A stretch of 64,000 nt of DNA from Octopus sinensis (Eukaryota). Position 1 is the stretch's first letter; each line of letters begins with the position of its first letter. The notes under the pieces were generated by a model. It ran no database searches. It worked only from the letters and a program-made list of their open reading frames with translations, and had not been told where the DNA came from. The position numbers and the translations under genes are program-made. This document shows, piece after piece, positions 63,380 through 64,000 of this stretch. Location: positions 21,762,001-21,826,000 of the forward strand of contig NC_043000.1 of the NCBI RefSeq assembly GCF_006345805.1, written 5' to 3'.

Positions 63380-63910
63380 AGTTTGTCAAGAAATCGTTAA
63401 ACGTGCCCGAAATAGAACATGGTCTCCTCACCTCCACTAAAAGACACGAAGAACTATGAAAGACGGTGAATAAGTGCCGGGGTTGAGAGAAAGAAGACAG
63501 AACTGTAGTGATCCTATAACGGTGCGCGCGCGCGCACCGTCCATTTTCTATTTCGCGCGTGTTGGTGCCTTTACCAAGGCACAGAAAGGAAGGGCCCTCT
63601 CGCGCATGCGCGAACCACCGGAAGCACGACCCTTTTGCCTACGTGGTAGTTAGCCAAGGCAAGGGGGTCGTAGAACGTTTGACCGCTAGCAGCAGCAGCG
63701 GGGACTTGGGACAGCAGCGACCGAAGGCGACGGACGTGTATTTTCTCGCTGTCCAGCTTTGATAGCAGTTGGCCGAAAGCTTTTAACCAAATTGTTGCCG
63801 ACCACATTCATCTTCCCTGTTCCGGACGCCATCTTTAACCCGTTCTGTTTTTAGCGGCTGAACATTGTAAATATTACAATCCATTAACTTTCAGCCTTGC
63901 GCGCCCAGAA
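63380..63910. promoter_or_regulatory. CpG-rich promoter-like region
   Basis: High CpG density against an AT-rich background; CGCGCATGCGCG (NRF1-type) 63601-63612, CCGGAAG (ETS-type) 63618-63624, CGCCATCTT (YY1-type) 63827-63835; no repeat similarity seen. Confidence 0.6.
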
Positions 63911-64000
63911 CCAAGGACATCAGATAACCACTTATTGTTACTGTTACCACATTAGAGAATAAAGTAGTATATATCTTTTACGTCTGCGTCTTGTTGTTTC

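Noticed and set aside
63571-63834. Minus-strand ORFs in the CpG-rich region (78 aa; 48-aa MASGTGK...)
   Set aside because: Short, with no recognisable domain; open frames are expected in GC-rich sequence.

Overview
Eukaryotic, AT-rich, repeat-saturated genomic DNA. The SINE, LINE and microsatellite make-up suggests a cephalopod, probably Octopus (inference; no database search was possible). Only one convincing protein-coding gene is present: an uninterrupted ~470-aa type II membrane glycosyltransferase of the GT61/EOGT-like family (16994-18406, +), preceded by a splice acceptor. The rest is mainly transposon-derived: at least four tRNA-derived SINE families, decayed RTE, CR1-like, Tx1/L1, R4/Dong and Penelope retroelements, mariner, hAT, piggyBac-like and GG..CC/8-bp-TSD DNA elements, a non-autonomous Helitron and a solo LTR. 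A CpG-rich promoter-like region lies at 63.4-63.9 kb. Almost all short ORFs in the track come from repeats or microsatellites. I see no strong evidence for a new multi-gene system. The best leads are structural: a perfect 128-bp-arm palindrome, a pre-miRNA-like hairpin, dimeric SINEs with a fixed palindromic junction, a hairpin array in a LINE 3' UTR, and a cargo module shared by two TIR families. Family names are from recalled motifs, and boundaries of degraded copies are approximate.
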